DNA of 64,000 nucleotides. It comes from Syncephalis fuscata S228. Its lineage: Eukaryota; Fungi; Zoopagomycota. The notes beneath the pieces were generated by a model. It was given only the letters and a program-made list of their open reading frames with translations. It ran no database searches and was not told the origin of the DNA. This document shows positions 1 through 13,768 of the stretch, in pieces. Location: NCBI GenBank assembly GCA_025786725.1, contig JAHLTZ010000002.1:496001-560000 (forward strand). The letters run 5' to 3'. The stretch's first letter is position 1. Each line of letters opens with the position of its first letter. The translations under genes and the position numbers were made by a program.

Positions 1-2708
1 AAAGACGATCGTGGCATTACTACCGATGTTGTTGTTGGTACATGGCAAGGCAAGGCACGTTCTGTTGTTGATCTTACGGCCAAACAAGAAAATTGGTTCC
101 AATTGGCCAATGTGGCTACCGGACGTGTCCGTATTAGCGCCATATGGCTACCAATTACTGCCGATCTAGAAATGCACCATGAAGGCCAAGTTAAGCCACC
201 GATCGGTGTTATTCGTCTACACATGCAAGAAGCCAAACGTCTCAAGAATGTTGAAGGTGTTGGTGGTGGCAAATCCGACCCATACGTCCAAGTATTGCTG
301 GCCAATGTCCGTCGAGCCAGAACAAGTGTCATCGATGACGATCTTGACCCCATTTGGGATGAAGTACTTTATGTGCCAGTCCATCATGAGAGTGAAACAC
401 TTGTACTTGAAGTCATGGACTTTAATCACAATACAAAGGACAAATGCATTGGTACTTGTTTACTTAAGGTATCTGACTTGTCCAGTGCACCCGGCACCAC
501 AATTAGTCCCTGGGCCAATCTTTCCTTGGGCAAACAAACAGGACGTGGTGTTCTTAATTACGCGGCCACTTTCCACCCAATTATTGATATACATCCAAAG
601 AAGAGCGAAGAATCATCGCCTGTTGAAGGTGGTAAAGAAGCAAGCGACGCAGCTTCAATTAAAACAGCTACCGAGAGTGTTAAGACATCTGCTCCAGCCA
701 CACCTATTGACTACTCAATCTACACGTCTGGTGTATTGGGCATTAGTATTAACGAAGCTCGTGCTCTACCCAAGCCTAGTGATGCATTGGCCGAGGTCTA
801 CATGAATATGGATCCAGATCAGCTGGTCTATCAAACAAAGAAGAAGCGCAAAACAACTACACCAGCCTGGGAAGAGTCTTGCGACTGCTTCATTAAAGAA
901 CCGCTCATGGATATGCTTACGGTGGTTATTAAATCAAAGGAAGCCGAGTCAGAGGATGGACCAGTTCACAAGTTTGATATTAAAATGACTGAGATTATTC
1001 ATGTTCTAAGTAATTCGCCAGAACTTGCCTCTAAAGGTGATTGGTATGGCAGCCCACAAGGACCACAAATCAATCTGTCCTTTACCTATACACCAGTTGA
1101 ATATGAAATTGATCCAAGTGAAAGTGCACTCAGTAAGTATATTTTATTAATGTGTTATTCTATTAATTAATATGTTTTATTAGATGTTGGCATTCTATCG
1201 GTTGATGTCAAGAGTGCCGAAAATCTCCCTGCTGCCGATAAATCAGGTAAATGTATTTATTTAGTTGATACAAACGTCAATTAACACAACTGCTATGTCC
1301 ATTAGGACCAGTGATCCATATGCCGTATTCACATTAAACGGTGAAAAGGTCCACAAGACAAAGGTGATCAAGAAGAAGTTGAATCCAGTCTATGACGAAA
1401 AGTTCACCACGCCTGTTCACAAACTTAAGGGCGATTTACGAGTTGAAATATTTGATTGGAATCAAGTCAATCAGGATAAACGATTGGGCACAGGTGTAGT
1501 TGATCTTACTCAATTGGAGCCTGGTATGGGTTTACCGCAGCAAGTACAGCTTAATAATGGTACAGCCGGCATTGTAAATCTACAGCTATTATTCCGACCG
1601 ACTTTTATTTCAAAGATGACCCATCGTGCCTCAACAAGTTTGGGTCATATGGTTAATCCATTAACACAAGTCAAGACGGTGGGCAACATTGCTGGATCGG
1701 CTGCCCGTGGTGGTGTTCGTACTGTGAGCACTATTGGTGGTGCGGCAGGTGGTGCTGTCAAATCAGTATTCAGCTTTGGCAAACGTCAATCGGTGGGCCG
1801 AGTTTTAACGTCGAGTAAATCGACATCTCACTCGAGCTCTAACATGCCATCGGATGAACCACTTGAATTGCCGGAGAATGTTACACCTGAAGTGCCATTG
1901 CAACCGGTCACATCAGATAATCCATCACTGATGAGTACTGAAGGTAGTCACAACCCAATGATGCATAGTGGTTCGGTTGAAACATTACCGGTACCGGCTG
2001 CAACTGCTGCTGTAGCCGCCGGTAGTACCATGGATAAATCAGCCAGTAATCGCAGTTATCTGGCTGGTATGTCTGATACGGCAAGTGTTTATTCACTCGA
2101 TCCAAATGGTCCAAATTTACACTCGGTGAAGGAGATGCCTCTGGCATGCCTGGTACATTGGTTATTACTGTTATAGCCGCTGAAAATCTAAAGGCCGTCG
2201 ATAGTGGTGGTAGGTTTATTATGACAATTATAACAACAACAATAATAATAATAATAATAATGTTATTTATAGGTACTTCGGATCCATATGTCAAGATACA
2301 TGTTGGCAATAAGAATATTGGCAAGACAAAGGTCGTTAAAAAGAACATTAATCCTACTTGGTAAGTCTTTTCTGTCATAAATACAGCAATTTATTAATAA
2401 TGACTACGCGTAGGGATGAGAAATTTACGACGACACACATCACGGGTGAACCAATTATTATTAACTTTGATGTCAAGGATCATAATCGCATTGGTTCGTC
2501 GGTTGCATTGGGCAGCTATTCATTCAAGCTGTGGGATCACCTGCACGTTGAGAATCATCCTAACTTTACAACTTCCGAAGAGGCTTGGGCACCGCTGTAT
2601 AACGGAGAACAGGGAGCGATCCATTATAGGCTAGAGTTTACCTCGTCTAATACCGGGTCGGGAAGCGAGTCTCGTGGTCGATTCAGTCTTACGGGCAAGC
2701 GAAGGTAG
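1..2708 (+). CDS. Tricalbin / extended-synaptotagmin-like multi-C2 ER-plasma membrane tether, 5' part outside the window
   Basis: Successive C2 domains (GKSDPYV...LDPIWDE; ADKSGTSDPY...KKKLNPVYDE; DSGGTSDPYV...KKNINPTWDE). GT-AG introns at 1133-1183, 1247-1305, 2210-2272 and 2361-2413; one apparent 1-nt deletion near 2110-2130; stop at 2708. Confidence 0.88.
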
Positions 2709-3057
2709 ATGGGAAAAGTATTTGCGTTCATTTTAAGTTTGTGATAGTTGTTACAGCCTTTTTTCAATAATAAAGTTGCTTTAATTTCTACAAGATGTAG
2801 TAGCTGATGTGTTGAGTGATATTTACTTTAGTCCCCCAGGATAGTAAATCTTTTTACGCAATCAATTGTAACGATTTAAATAGTTAACGAGTTGATTGGA
2901 TTAATTTGTGCTTAAATGATAATGGATCAATACTTAATTATATATACAAGGCGTAGTTTAGAATAGATGTGTTTACAAGTATTATTTAACATTTAATAAA
3001 TACTGTTACTTATATACTGAATCTAGTGCTTAGAATTTTAGCTGTCAATTATAATAT

Positions 3058-3470
3058 CATGCTTTATGATAATGGATTTGTTCTATTGAACATGATGATG
3101 GTGGTGAGTAACATTAATCATTAAATACTCATCATTATAGATTTATTATCCAGTATGCGTATATTCAGTACACATATATACTTTATTCACCTATATCATT
3201 CTATGATATACTAGACACATTCTATTGTTTATATACATCAACACAATTTACTCATTCCACTCATTGCACTATACACACTGTAACTTCAACATCGTTTTAT
3301 ATGCTTTCTTACTGTACATTTATCATTCTATGTATCATTCTATACTCACATAGTCTTTCTGTATCAAAACTACTTTTATGTTTGTTCTAGCTTTATTATT
3401 AAAAAAGTTCAACTAATGTTGGTCATCTTGTTCATGTATATATGCTCAATAACTTAAACATTGCTAGTCT
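3058..3470 (+). repeat. AT-rich dispersed repeat, family R1, long copy
   Basis: Colinear with the reverse complement of 10580-10977. Shared blocks include ctatgatatactagacacat, actcattccactcattgca and ctagctttattattaaaa. The head is also seen at 10270, 11161 and 11281. Confidence 0.8.
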
Positions 3471-3705
3471 CGTTCAATATTGCATATTCATCATAATGTT
3501 TATCATTTTGCTATATGTTGGTTATGCGCTGTCTATAGCCGTTGTCGTTATGGTTCCAACATAATTAACTAATTTAATTAGATTGTATAATAATGTTAAA
3601 TGGCACACAATATTTTATATGATGATGCAGTTTATTTAACTCAATTAACAAGTACTAAAATTTAAAAGCTAAAAATGAAATGCTACAGAGCATGTATATA
3701 TTAGC

Positions 3706-4124
3706 GCAACAGCAACAATTGCGAAATGATATGGAATCAAGCATATAACTTTTATTAATATTCAATTAATCTCCCTACACATGACCAACAATGATCGGTC
3801 TTGAATGTTCCAAAAAATCAAATGATATGTTACACTATTTATTTAAAAGATTATGGTTGCATTTTACTTTGCTCCCACATCTGCCCTCAAAGCACAATTT
3901 ATTCCAATCAGAGCCATGCCGTTATACACAACATAGTTATATTACTTTCTATTAAAATATTGCTAATAAGTTGATTTGAATAAATAATGTAACATACCAT
4001 TTGATTTCATTGAAACATTTGATGTTGATCATTGTTGTTGTTAGTCATGTGTAGAAAGATTGACCGAATATTAATAAAAGCCATTGATTGCGATTCCATG
4101 CCATTCTGCATTTGTCGTTATTGT
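3706..4124. mobile_element. Foldback/MITE-like imperfect palindrome (about 140-150 bp arms around a 127-bp spacer)
   Basis: 3815-3847 matches the reverse complement of 3975-4007 at 30/33 positions, and similarity continues outward to about 3706/4124. A second copy of the right arm, spacer and flank lies at 43210-43715. Confidence 0.7.
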
Positions 4125-4675
4125 ATATATGTACAACATGGATTCTTGCATATAAATGGTCTGTTCTATTTTCTAATACTCTACTATTGCATTATGGGCA
4201 TATTTGTGATGTAAGATCAAGATTAATATAATTCTTATAAAAGTCGTTTATTAAACAGCCACTTTCCTATAGCCAATCTGACTAAATAAATGACAATATA
4301 TATATATTAAAGCAATAATAAAGATAACTGATTAATTACATTATTGTACTGATCATTACACATGAATTAATTAATGTTGGATGCAATATTATACATGTTA
4401 TGGTGATGTATGGGTGTTTAATGGTATTCAAAAGTGTTGAGGAGTGAAATGGATAAATAAAAATGTGAGAGTCAAAGTGCAGTAGCTCCGATTATTTAAT
4501 ATTGATTCCAACGTACTAGTTAATGGCAACTAGTTTTAATAAATAATGTAATAATGCCACACACATTATTAGCCATCGGATGATTTATTTCACTTTTATA
4601 TTGTACTACGTCCTTTTCTATTGCACATTGTCTTCCTCCGACCGACTGAAAGAAGGCTTTTGGCGCGGTGCAATT

Positions 4676-5778
4676 ATGCAAGCTTTTCTTACGTCGTCTT
4701 CACGATTGCTACCACTTTGGCGGTCTTCCTTGTTCAGCCGACCGATAGTAGCTTACTGTCGAGGTATACACTCGCATGGTAGTTTATCACGCGGACAGCT
4801 GACATGCTTGCGATCGCTATCGCCATTACCACGTACTGCCTCGCTGCCTCGTCGTGTATCGTCTATAGCTTTGCAGCAACAAGAACGTACCTATGTATCA
4901 CTTCCAGTTGATACTTACCAGCTTGTAAAGCAGCTTGAAAGTCGTGGATTCACGCGGAAACAAGCTGAAGTTATAATGAAGGCCATGTGCGGCTTATTAA
5001 CTCATAGGTAGGAAAGAAGTAGATGCGGACAGTATTCGATATTGCTTTCGTGGAATCTTTTATTAATATTAATACTATTTAGTGAGAATGAAACGCATCG
5101 ACAATTGTTGGATAAAGATGATTTGGAGAATGTAGGCTAATATAACACGGTATTAATTGTATTAATTGTTAAACAATATAGGAAACGTATTTGTTCAGAG
5201 CGGCACTCGATGAACTTCGTATGGAAATCGAAGTTCTACGACGTACCGATCAAGCAACACTTAAAGCAGAATCGGATTTAATTGCTCGTGAAATCGATGT
5301 ACTTACACAACGATTACGCGAGACTATTGCTACACTTCGTCAAGAGAATCAAGCAATTATGAATGGACGGCGACTTGACCAACGTTCGGATGAAAAGGAA
5401 ATGGATATGCGTATTCATGAATTAAATGATCTTCTTATGGTTAAATTAGGTGAGGTGCGCACCGAAATTGAGACAATGAAAATGGCCGCTACACGTAATG
5501 CAATGGGTAAGCTATTATTAAATAAGAGTAGGCATATTTATTTATATGGCTAATATACAAAAGTCATGGTATTTTGGGCAGGATCAATATGCATGTTTAT
5601 TGGATATTTGTTAAAGAAGAAGCGGCAAACTATACAAGCAGCGGCCGATGCCGAGGTTAATAAGGGCACTTTATCAAGCATTGAAGGCATTAACAATAGC
5701 GATGAAATTGAACAAGGTGTATTAGCTCATCGGCCGCCATACGAACCAGTAACGCGAACTTCTCCATTTGCCCCTTAA
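4676..5778 (+). CDS. Mitochondrial DUF1640 / CCDC90 (MCUR1/Fmp32-like) coiled-coil protein
   Basis: Arg/Ser-rich presequence, then DTYQLVKQLESRGFTRKQAEVIM (DUF1640 head), DDLENETYLFRAALDELR, a coiled coil and a C-terminal TM segment (VMVFWAGSICMFIGYLL). Three GT-AG introns. Confidence 0.85.
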
Positions 5779-6044
5779 TTATCATATTTATCAATGCATT
5801 TGTAAATAGCATTAAGCATTATTAAAATTATTATATAAACCATTGAAACGATTTAATATAATATTTACTCAAGACCAGCAGTGCTGGTTTACTTGCTTTG
5901 GATTTAATTGAACTTTTATTATTATTAAAGCATAAAAAATAACATAAACAATAATATTATTATATTATCTTTAAATCTCTGCGCCAAAATAACCTTAAGA
6001 ACGATAACTAAGCAAATAGCAGATAGTTGGAGGCAAAAAGAGCA

Positions 6045-6400
6045 AAGTATTATGCCAAAGAAGCTACTGAAGCAAGCAAACAAAATAACGATTAACATAA
6101 AAGATCAAATTAAAAAGAAGCAATGCAAAAGAGCAATGTAAATAGTGTTTGTACCTAACTAGTAATCAGTCAACTACTGATACTATGTATGTAATATATA
6201 TAGAGTGTACAAGTATATGCTATGGATATATGCTATCAAGTGTGAAGAAAGAGAAAGGGAAACGTGATGACGTAGATTGTAACTGTGATCCCTGTCAGTC
6301 AATATTTATAAAGACGCGAGTTTAATTCATTAACAATAATGAGGTAATAAATTTAAATTTAAATGAATAAAGTCAATTAATCCAAGGTGCCGATATATTA
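6045..6400 (+). repeat. Partial copy of the right portion of the long-TIR element at 23-24.8 kb
   Basis: Direct repeat of 24305-24650. Shared blocks include tgtaaatagtgtttgtac, tcagtcaactactga, tcaagtgtgaagaaagagaaagggaaa and cctgtcagtcaatatttata. Confidence 0.85.
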
Positions 6401-6827
6401 TACATCATGTTATTATTAAAACAATAAGTATCTTGAAAATAAAAAGAGTATACCAAAGTAATAAAATATTAGCATAGATATATGAATCGATGCTCTACAA
6501 CTTTAATAACAAATAATTAAGTATCGTTAATGTACAGCAATAAATAAACTTAGTACGCCATGCTTAAGTACATATTTTTATATAGTTATTTAGATTTTAT
6601 GTAATAGATTGTAAATAAAATAAGACGAGGAAATGAATAGTAGTGAACTACTTACAGCTTACCACCTTCTATTCGCTTCAAATCGGGACGGAAATAAAAT
6701 TCTGTAATACAATCATTGAATTTTCTTTGTTTTTTTTAATTTGAGTTTTATGTTCAGCTTTTTACAGAATTATAATTAACGCGACATTAAGATAGCTTAT
6801 TCATTTACGCCCAGCCCACTTGTCAAA

Positions 6828-9800
6828 ATGTGGCGCAGAACACTAATTAAGACGCGGCATGCTGCCAATTACCAAACAAATATATTACAACGAACTGACA
6901 GTACTATTGGTGCTATTATACAGTCGCGTTCACTAAATACTGCCATGGCTATATCTATGGCTACTCCACGACAGTCTCAGCAACAACCAAAAGGACAGCC
7001 GCCAAAAGATGAAGAGCAAAAGGAACCCACAGTGGTAAATACATCAACTACAGTAGTAGACAAAGAGCTTAGTTCAGCTACTACAGCTGTAATTGAATCG
7101 AGTGATTCAGGTAAATTAATAATAGCTAATTGAATATTAACTAAATTTAATTGATAGCTGTAAAAATAACCGTTAATGAAAGTAAAAGCAAAGGAATACT
7201 AGGCAATACGAATAATAATGAAGAATGTATAGTGCAAAAGGAAAAGTCATCCAACGATGTATTATTTACTACTAAAGAGTTAACGACTAGTCAAAATAAC
7301 ATTGCAACTAGAACAAATACCAACAAAACCGATGATGTTAGACATACGGTAAATTCAACAAATAATGCAGCTTTAACTGAAGCACAATTAAAGGCAATAA
7401 GAAGAGAGGAGAAAAAAGAACGAAGACGAGCACGAAAGCAAGAAAAGATAAAAATGGTACTCCACGAACTAACTAGAAAACGAAAAGATACAACAAAAAC
7501 AGAAGCAGAAGCATCAAGATCTCTACCAGATACTACGAAAAAATCTGCACCTGGAACTACGCCACTAGCTTCTATTAAAATATTGCCAGACAATAATGCT
7601 AAATCTACTGCAACACAATTAGATTCTGCATCTTCTGTTAAATCAACTGTAGTGCAACTGGGCAAATCACAAATCAAACTACCACCATCATCATCAACAA
7701 CTGATGGTGTTACAAAAGAAAATGAAGCTGCTAAACCCGTTGGTCAAACAACATCATTAAAAACAAACTCATTAACAAAAACCATTACTAAGCTGGCCAA
7801 TCGTAGTCAAATTAACAGTGATGGCTCGGCGGTAAAAGAGGAAAAGAGCAAGACGGCTGAATTACCTAAACATTTTATGCAACTTGATCAAAGTCGAATG
7901 CCACCAAGAACGGCAGCTTTCTACAAAAGAATGGCTTTATGTAGCATATTTCCATCGCTTGAGGCTCTACCATTGACTTATGTTATTTCATCACCACATC
8001 TACTACAATCTGCTATGAAAGTTTGGCGACAATTTTATATAGATTTTGACGGAGGTCCACCGTCGGCAGTTGGATTCGACACGGAATCGACGACAACGAT
8101 TGCTGCTCTTCGAACGAGAATGGGTAGAAAGCGTGCGATAAAACAACTAGCTAGCCAAATAATAACCGATGATTACCGTAATCAACGGCTATGCTCACTT
8201 TTACAAATCTCTACACACGAATGCTGCCTATTAATTCAATTAGATCGTATTAAAGCAGGAATTAAGTCGAGCGAGAAGCCAGCCTTTGAAGATGTATGTA
8301 TGGCTGAGCTTGTTGACCTATTGCAAGATACGCAAATTCTTAAAGTAGGCGTAGGTGCAGTTGCTGACGGTGAGACGGTTAAACGAACTATTGGCGTCTC
8401 AGTTGCTGGCACTGTTGATCTTGACCGATTGGCGGCTGTCCGAGGCCACGCAGCTGCTTCGCTATCAGAGCTGGCACGCTTATTTGCTCATCCGACGGAG
8501 ATGCCATTACCGGATTGTCAGCACTTTACGGAGATGGACAACTATTTACAGCATCGACTTGCCCATGTTAAATCAGAAGCTGAATCATCAATGGCGATAA
8601 ACACAGAACTTGATGATTTGAACGAGTTATCATCCGCAAATATAAACGACATGGTTGTCATAGAGAAAAATCAATCGAAGAATGTTGCTACCGAACTTTT
8701 TTTAAATAATGAGTCCAAAAAAATAAATTTAACCAATACTGCAGAGGATATAGAAGAAAACGACGTTGAAGTGGAACAAGAAAGATCAACAGAAGCGGTA
8801 ACAACAGCTTTGACAAGCAGTTACTATCCTTTTGTTTATGATGAGCCACCAGATGGCCAGTATGCTGCATGGGACTGGAATAACATGCTAACTCCACCAA
8901 TGATTCGTTACGCAACATGGGATGCAATAGCCGGACTACGTATATTACAAGGCCTGCTTTGGAATCGTACTCGATCCGATTACCAGCCGTTGTTTAAACG
9001 AGATTCAATGCCTTTTTCAGAAATTGTTGCCTCTGTATGCCATGCCATTTACCAAAATATACAGAGTCAATTGACAATTGCTCCTGGTGCCACGGGCTCA
9101 AATGTAATAAAAGCTTCTACTGGAAGGAAGCTGATAATTGCGGCTATGACCGGCTATGGCTGGTGGGTCCGTGCCTATCCAAAGGAACGTCGTCGTGTTT
9201 GGTCCGAGCAGATACTACGTATGCTATTGGCCAACGGCACAATTGTAATGGCAGATCAACAGAAGCAGCCTCCTGGAAAGAGTAAGATAGTGAAAACAAC
9301 CACGGTAGTCACGACCGAGGAAGGTAAAACAACGACTACAACGACGACTGAAGAGACAAAAACAATATGGAGCAGCATGCCTTCTTCAGCGTCGGCTTTG
9401 GAATTAAGTCAACGGCCAACTGCGTGGTTGCTTAAAGCACGATTTGATTTAGCATCAAATACCGTTGATAGAATAGAGACCACGAAAAAAAGCAGCAAAC
9501 TATTAAACCCGACGACGTTAGCAACATTAGTTTTTATAAAAGATAATTTAGATAAAAAAACTGCCAATGTAGATACAAGTGATAGTAAAACAAGTAGTGC
9601 TGAAAGTAAGTGTTGATAGGATTATAAAAACAGTTTAATAACATATAATAGTGGAAAAAGAAGAACCAGCCATAGAATTAATTGCTAAATCAACGACATC
9701 GACAATAGACAAGGATGAAGCTACTGATGCCAGTCATATCGCTGACGCTAATGGCCACAACAACAACGCGTCAAACAACCTAGGTCAACAGAATAATAAA

Positions 9801-10073
9801 CATCCAGTTGAAGCAACACTAAAAACGCCAACTCCAATTATACCTGAAATAAAGACACCATCGACTGATGTAGCATCTAATCACGAGGCAGTATCAGAAG
9901 ATAAAACAGTTACAGCAAATAAAGCGGATATGGTAGATACAAGCACGCAACAGCAACAGCAACAGCAAAAATCAACAATAACAAAAGATACCGATGATAA
10001 CATTTCAGCAGCAGCTACTGAAACTGTTACAGTAACATCAAAGTTTAAAAACATGTTTAAAAACTTTTTTTAA
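6828..10073 (+). CDS. DnaQ-like (DEDDy) 3'-5' exonuclease, WRN-exo/EXD2-like, with long low-complexity flanks and a probable mitochondrial presequence
   Basis: ExoI VGFDTE, SLLQIST, ExoII ILKVGVGAVAD and ExoIII IRYATWDA. Two short GT-AG introns (from about 7111 and 9607) join three ORFs. Confidence 0.78.
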
Positions 10074-10267
10074 TTGTTGTTAATTAGTATAATAAATGGC
10101 ATTTACACTTTAGTATATTAATACTAATAACCTATTTGGTTATCAGTCTTATTTATTTCTTTATTTTTATTAAACTATTGTTAAGCATTTTACTAATCAT
10201 TGCTTAGCTTGGTGGCCAAGTCTCTACATTTAATAATATTCGCGCAATTGAATTAATTAGTTGTTCC

Positions 10268-11410
10268 AGTGGACATGATAATGGGTGGTGAATGATATTA
10301 ACGTCTAAAATACTCACTATCATAGATTTATTATCCAATACGCATATACTCACTATCCACCTATATCATTCTATTGCATACTTATGCTATCATGTATTAT
10401 TTTATGATATATGAATACATTGTATTTACTACATACTTTAAACACATACAATTTGATGAATAAAATGGACAAAAATTGGTCTATTAACAAAAAAGCTAAC
10501 GTTAAACAAATAATCTTTCTAGATAATGTGTAGTTATTAGACAATATAAAGAATATACAATACAAAGAATATACAAATAGCCGTACTAAAGTTACTGAGC
10601 GTACATGCAAGATCAAATAACCGACATTAGTCAGACTTTTAATAATAAAGCTAGAGCAAAAATAAAGATGGTTTTGGATAGAGAAAGGCCAGGCGAGGAT
10701 GTAATGATATATAAAATAACAAATGTACGGTATGAAAGGATATCAAATGATGTTGAAGCTATAGTGTATATAATGCAATGAGTGGAATGAGTGAAGTATA
10801 TTGCCGCGTATAAACAATAAAATGTGTCTAGTATATCATAGGGTGATATATAGCAGTGTGGAATATAATTGGAATAGTGTAAGTAAATATAGAATATATA
10901 CATACTGGATAATGAATCTATAATAATGAGTATTTTGATGATTGATGTCATTCACCACCCATCATTATGTTCAATATATTGAATGTTATTAAAAATAGCC
11001 ATTTGATCATCAGGTTACATTAAATCATTAGTGAATGGTTATGGCCTTTAAACATGTACTTTAATTTTTTGTATATTAAATAAATAATTTTTATTAACTG
11101 TTAGTATGATTTGTGAAGCAAATAACAATAATTAATGACACTTGCATAATTGAACTAGCCATTTGTTCTATTGAACATGGGAATGGTAAGTTTTATTAAT
11201 AATAACATTATTCCATTTATTATAATTTGGGGGTCAAATGGTTGCATTTAATAATACTTTTTCTGTTAAGCTATACTTTTTTCTATTGAACATAGAACTG
11301 CATGATGGGTGGTATTAGTCATTAAAATGCTTATTATATAACTTCATTATCCAATACATGTATATCCTCTATTCACCTATATCAATTCCATTGTATACCC
11401 ATACTATTGA
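10268..11410. repeat. Cluster of R1 repeats in alternating orientation: 10268-10390 (+), 10580-10977 (-), 11161-11190 (+), 11281-11410 (+)
   Basis: Recurrent head of the form tattgaacat...gatgggtggtga...aaaatactca..at.atagatt.attatcca on both strands. Confidence 0.75.
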
Positions 11411-13768
11411 TATGGCTTACACCGTCTTTCGCATATTCATTCTACTATATATTATTTTACATCTATTAGGCATGCTTTATCAATAACAATCCTCTATCTA
11501 TCACTGATTACTCTGTGCGTATTATATTCAAGTCAAAACATATTAATAATAAAAATTTACTGAATTCAAAGCTAAGGCAATCAACCACACGATTGATAAT
11601 GTGTCCCGTGTTTCTTGTAATCATTTTTTGGAGTTATTTCGCCATATGGTATGATTTCGACCATAAGCCAACATATGACGAAATTTAAAACAGCATGCTA
11701 CAAGGAGCCTACTGCATAATAGACCTCTGCCTAACTGGATAAAACGCTAAGTGCATCGAATTTTTCCCATAGCCACTTGACCATTCCATACTCACACACA
11801 TACCTACACCGTGAAGCGGACTTTTAGATTCGCCGGAGTGTAAAATGGTAACTATTTACACAATTATGATTATGATTTCAATTGAGCGATTTACAACTGA
11901 CTAATAGCTGTAGGATGATTCAGCATTCTAGTCCTATCAACTAACTACTAGATGCATGGCACCATTGCCATTTTATTAGTTATTTGTAATAAAGGAGATA
12001 CTACAATAGTCGAGACACCATTACATCCATATGCAAAGTCGTCTATATGACATCACTATGATTATCGACTATATTGCCATGCCAGATCACCATCTCCCTT
12101 CTTTTTTTTAGTTCAACACCCATCTACCCACACTCGTTCACACACACACACACACAAAATACTTTCCTCCTCCTCCTCCTCCTCTTTACTACTTACCTTT
12201 TCAATAGTGTTTGGCTGGCATTATATTCCAACTTTTTCCATTCTATCTTTTTCGCTCCTTTCATTACAAACTATTTCTCTTGTCTTTGCTATTTTTGTTA
12301 TAGTTTGTGCTGGAGCAGTACGTTAATCGGTTGATTAATAATAACTCGCAACGTTTATTCAAAACTGTCCTCTCTGTCTATCTTTATTCTATTTGTCTAC
12401 CTAGTCATCTATTTTAAATAACCAAATACCTATTGTGCCGGCTATTAGTTCGTCGATAACGATACCTTTCCCGTCAACTACTGACGACACCGATACATAC
12501 GTAAGTATAACTGTATTAATAAGCAATGCGTCATTTTATACCAAAGACTTGGATACCGTTGGCTGTAGCCACTTTATGATGTATACAATACACAAAAAGC
12601 GAACGAACAAACTAAATAGCCAAATACCTGGTATTGGACTATTTGGACTATTCGTTTTATACGCAAATGTGAACGTATACGTGTCTAGGTGTGTGACCTC
12701 TTGCATGAGTATCCGTTTTTCTTCTTTTTGTGACCGTGACATACACAGCTTTATTCTATAGTTGTCGCTGTCATGGTTGTTGTCGTTGTTGCAATTGTAT
12801 TGGTGCATGTGGATGGAAATATGCGTGCGTGTGTGCGTGCGTACATTCGTACATAAATGTCTGTCTGTTTATGTCGATCTTTACTTTTATTTATGCAAAA
12901 GGATGAAGCGCATTAACAGTGGGCGTATCTACCCCATGCATTATTCCAAGCTTATTTGTTATGCTGGCTAATGGTGGAGAAGTGTATGAAATGACAACGA
13001 CCATAACCGGATGACGGTAATAGTGATAGCCGTCTATTAGTACCATTAATAGTGTGATGATGCGATATCAATAGAGAAATATGGACGCACTTTATGTTAA
13101 TTATTGTCTATTGACCCGGCAACAGCTCTGAATGTTGTTAAGCGATGTTAATAATTGTAAACACATGTGCGCATGCCATTCCCTCTGCATGGATTGACAC
13201 TGATAGCCATTGGCTCTCAGTATCACCACTACACATATGCAGACATGTTAACAACATAAATGAATGGGCTCCGTGCGTCTGCATGTCTTTCTGTACTTTC
13301 TCTCTTGCACCCATTATCTTAATCACTCGCTTTTTCTATTTCCTCTGGTTTTTGTGCGCATTCCTTTCTTTACTTTGGCGCTAGTTTGCCTATTACGCAA
13401 CAGTGTCCAAAAAGCGTGCCAGACCTTGTTACACATAAACCTGTTCCTTTTCTCGCTTTACTGCGCCCATACTCGCTTGTCTTTCTTAATATTAGCAATA
13501 ATCTTTTAGTTCTACTTGTCGATTCGCTATACTTTCTAACACATGCCTTACTATTTTGCCGTATTCCTTTGATTTTACTGCTCTTTCTCTCCTTTCCTTT
13601 CCTATCGTCAAAGCAATTGCTATTGTCAATATTCGTTTCATTTTCTCTTTTTTCGTCATCAGTATATATTTCTGACTTGCTATTGCTATTTTATTGGTTT
13701 CATCGTTGCTTAAAGCATTGTTATTTTCATCTTATTGACACTGTGCTAATACTAAAAATAGGCTTTGC

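Noticed and set aside
3854-3970. Apparent invertible segment when comparing the 3.7-kb and 43.5-kb repeats
   Set aside because: The 43-kb copy is simply colinear with the reverse complement of 3854-4489; the apparent inversion comes from the palindromic arms.
10729-10745. gtatgaaagga resembling the U6atac 5' region, and ATATCCTTTC on the minus strand resembling a U12 donor
   Set aside because: It lies inside an R1 repeat, the match stops after 11 nt, and there is no host gene.
12074-13730. Several hydrophobic Phe/Leu-rich short ORFs upstream of the histidine kinase
   Set aside because: Products of T-rich leader or intron sequence, mostly with non-ATG starts and no motifs.
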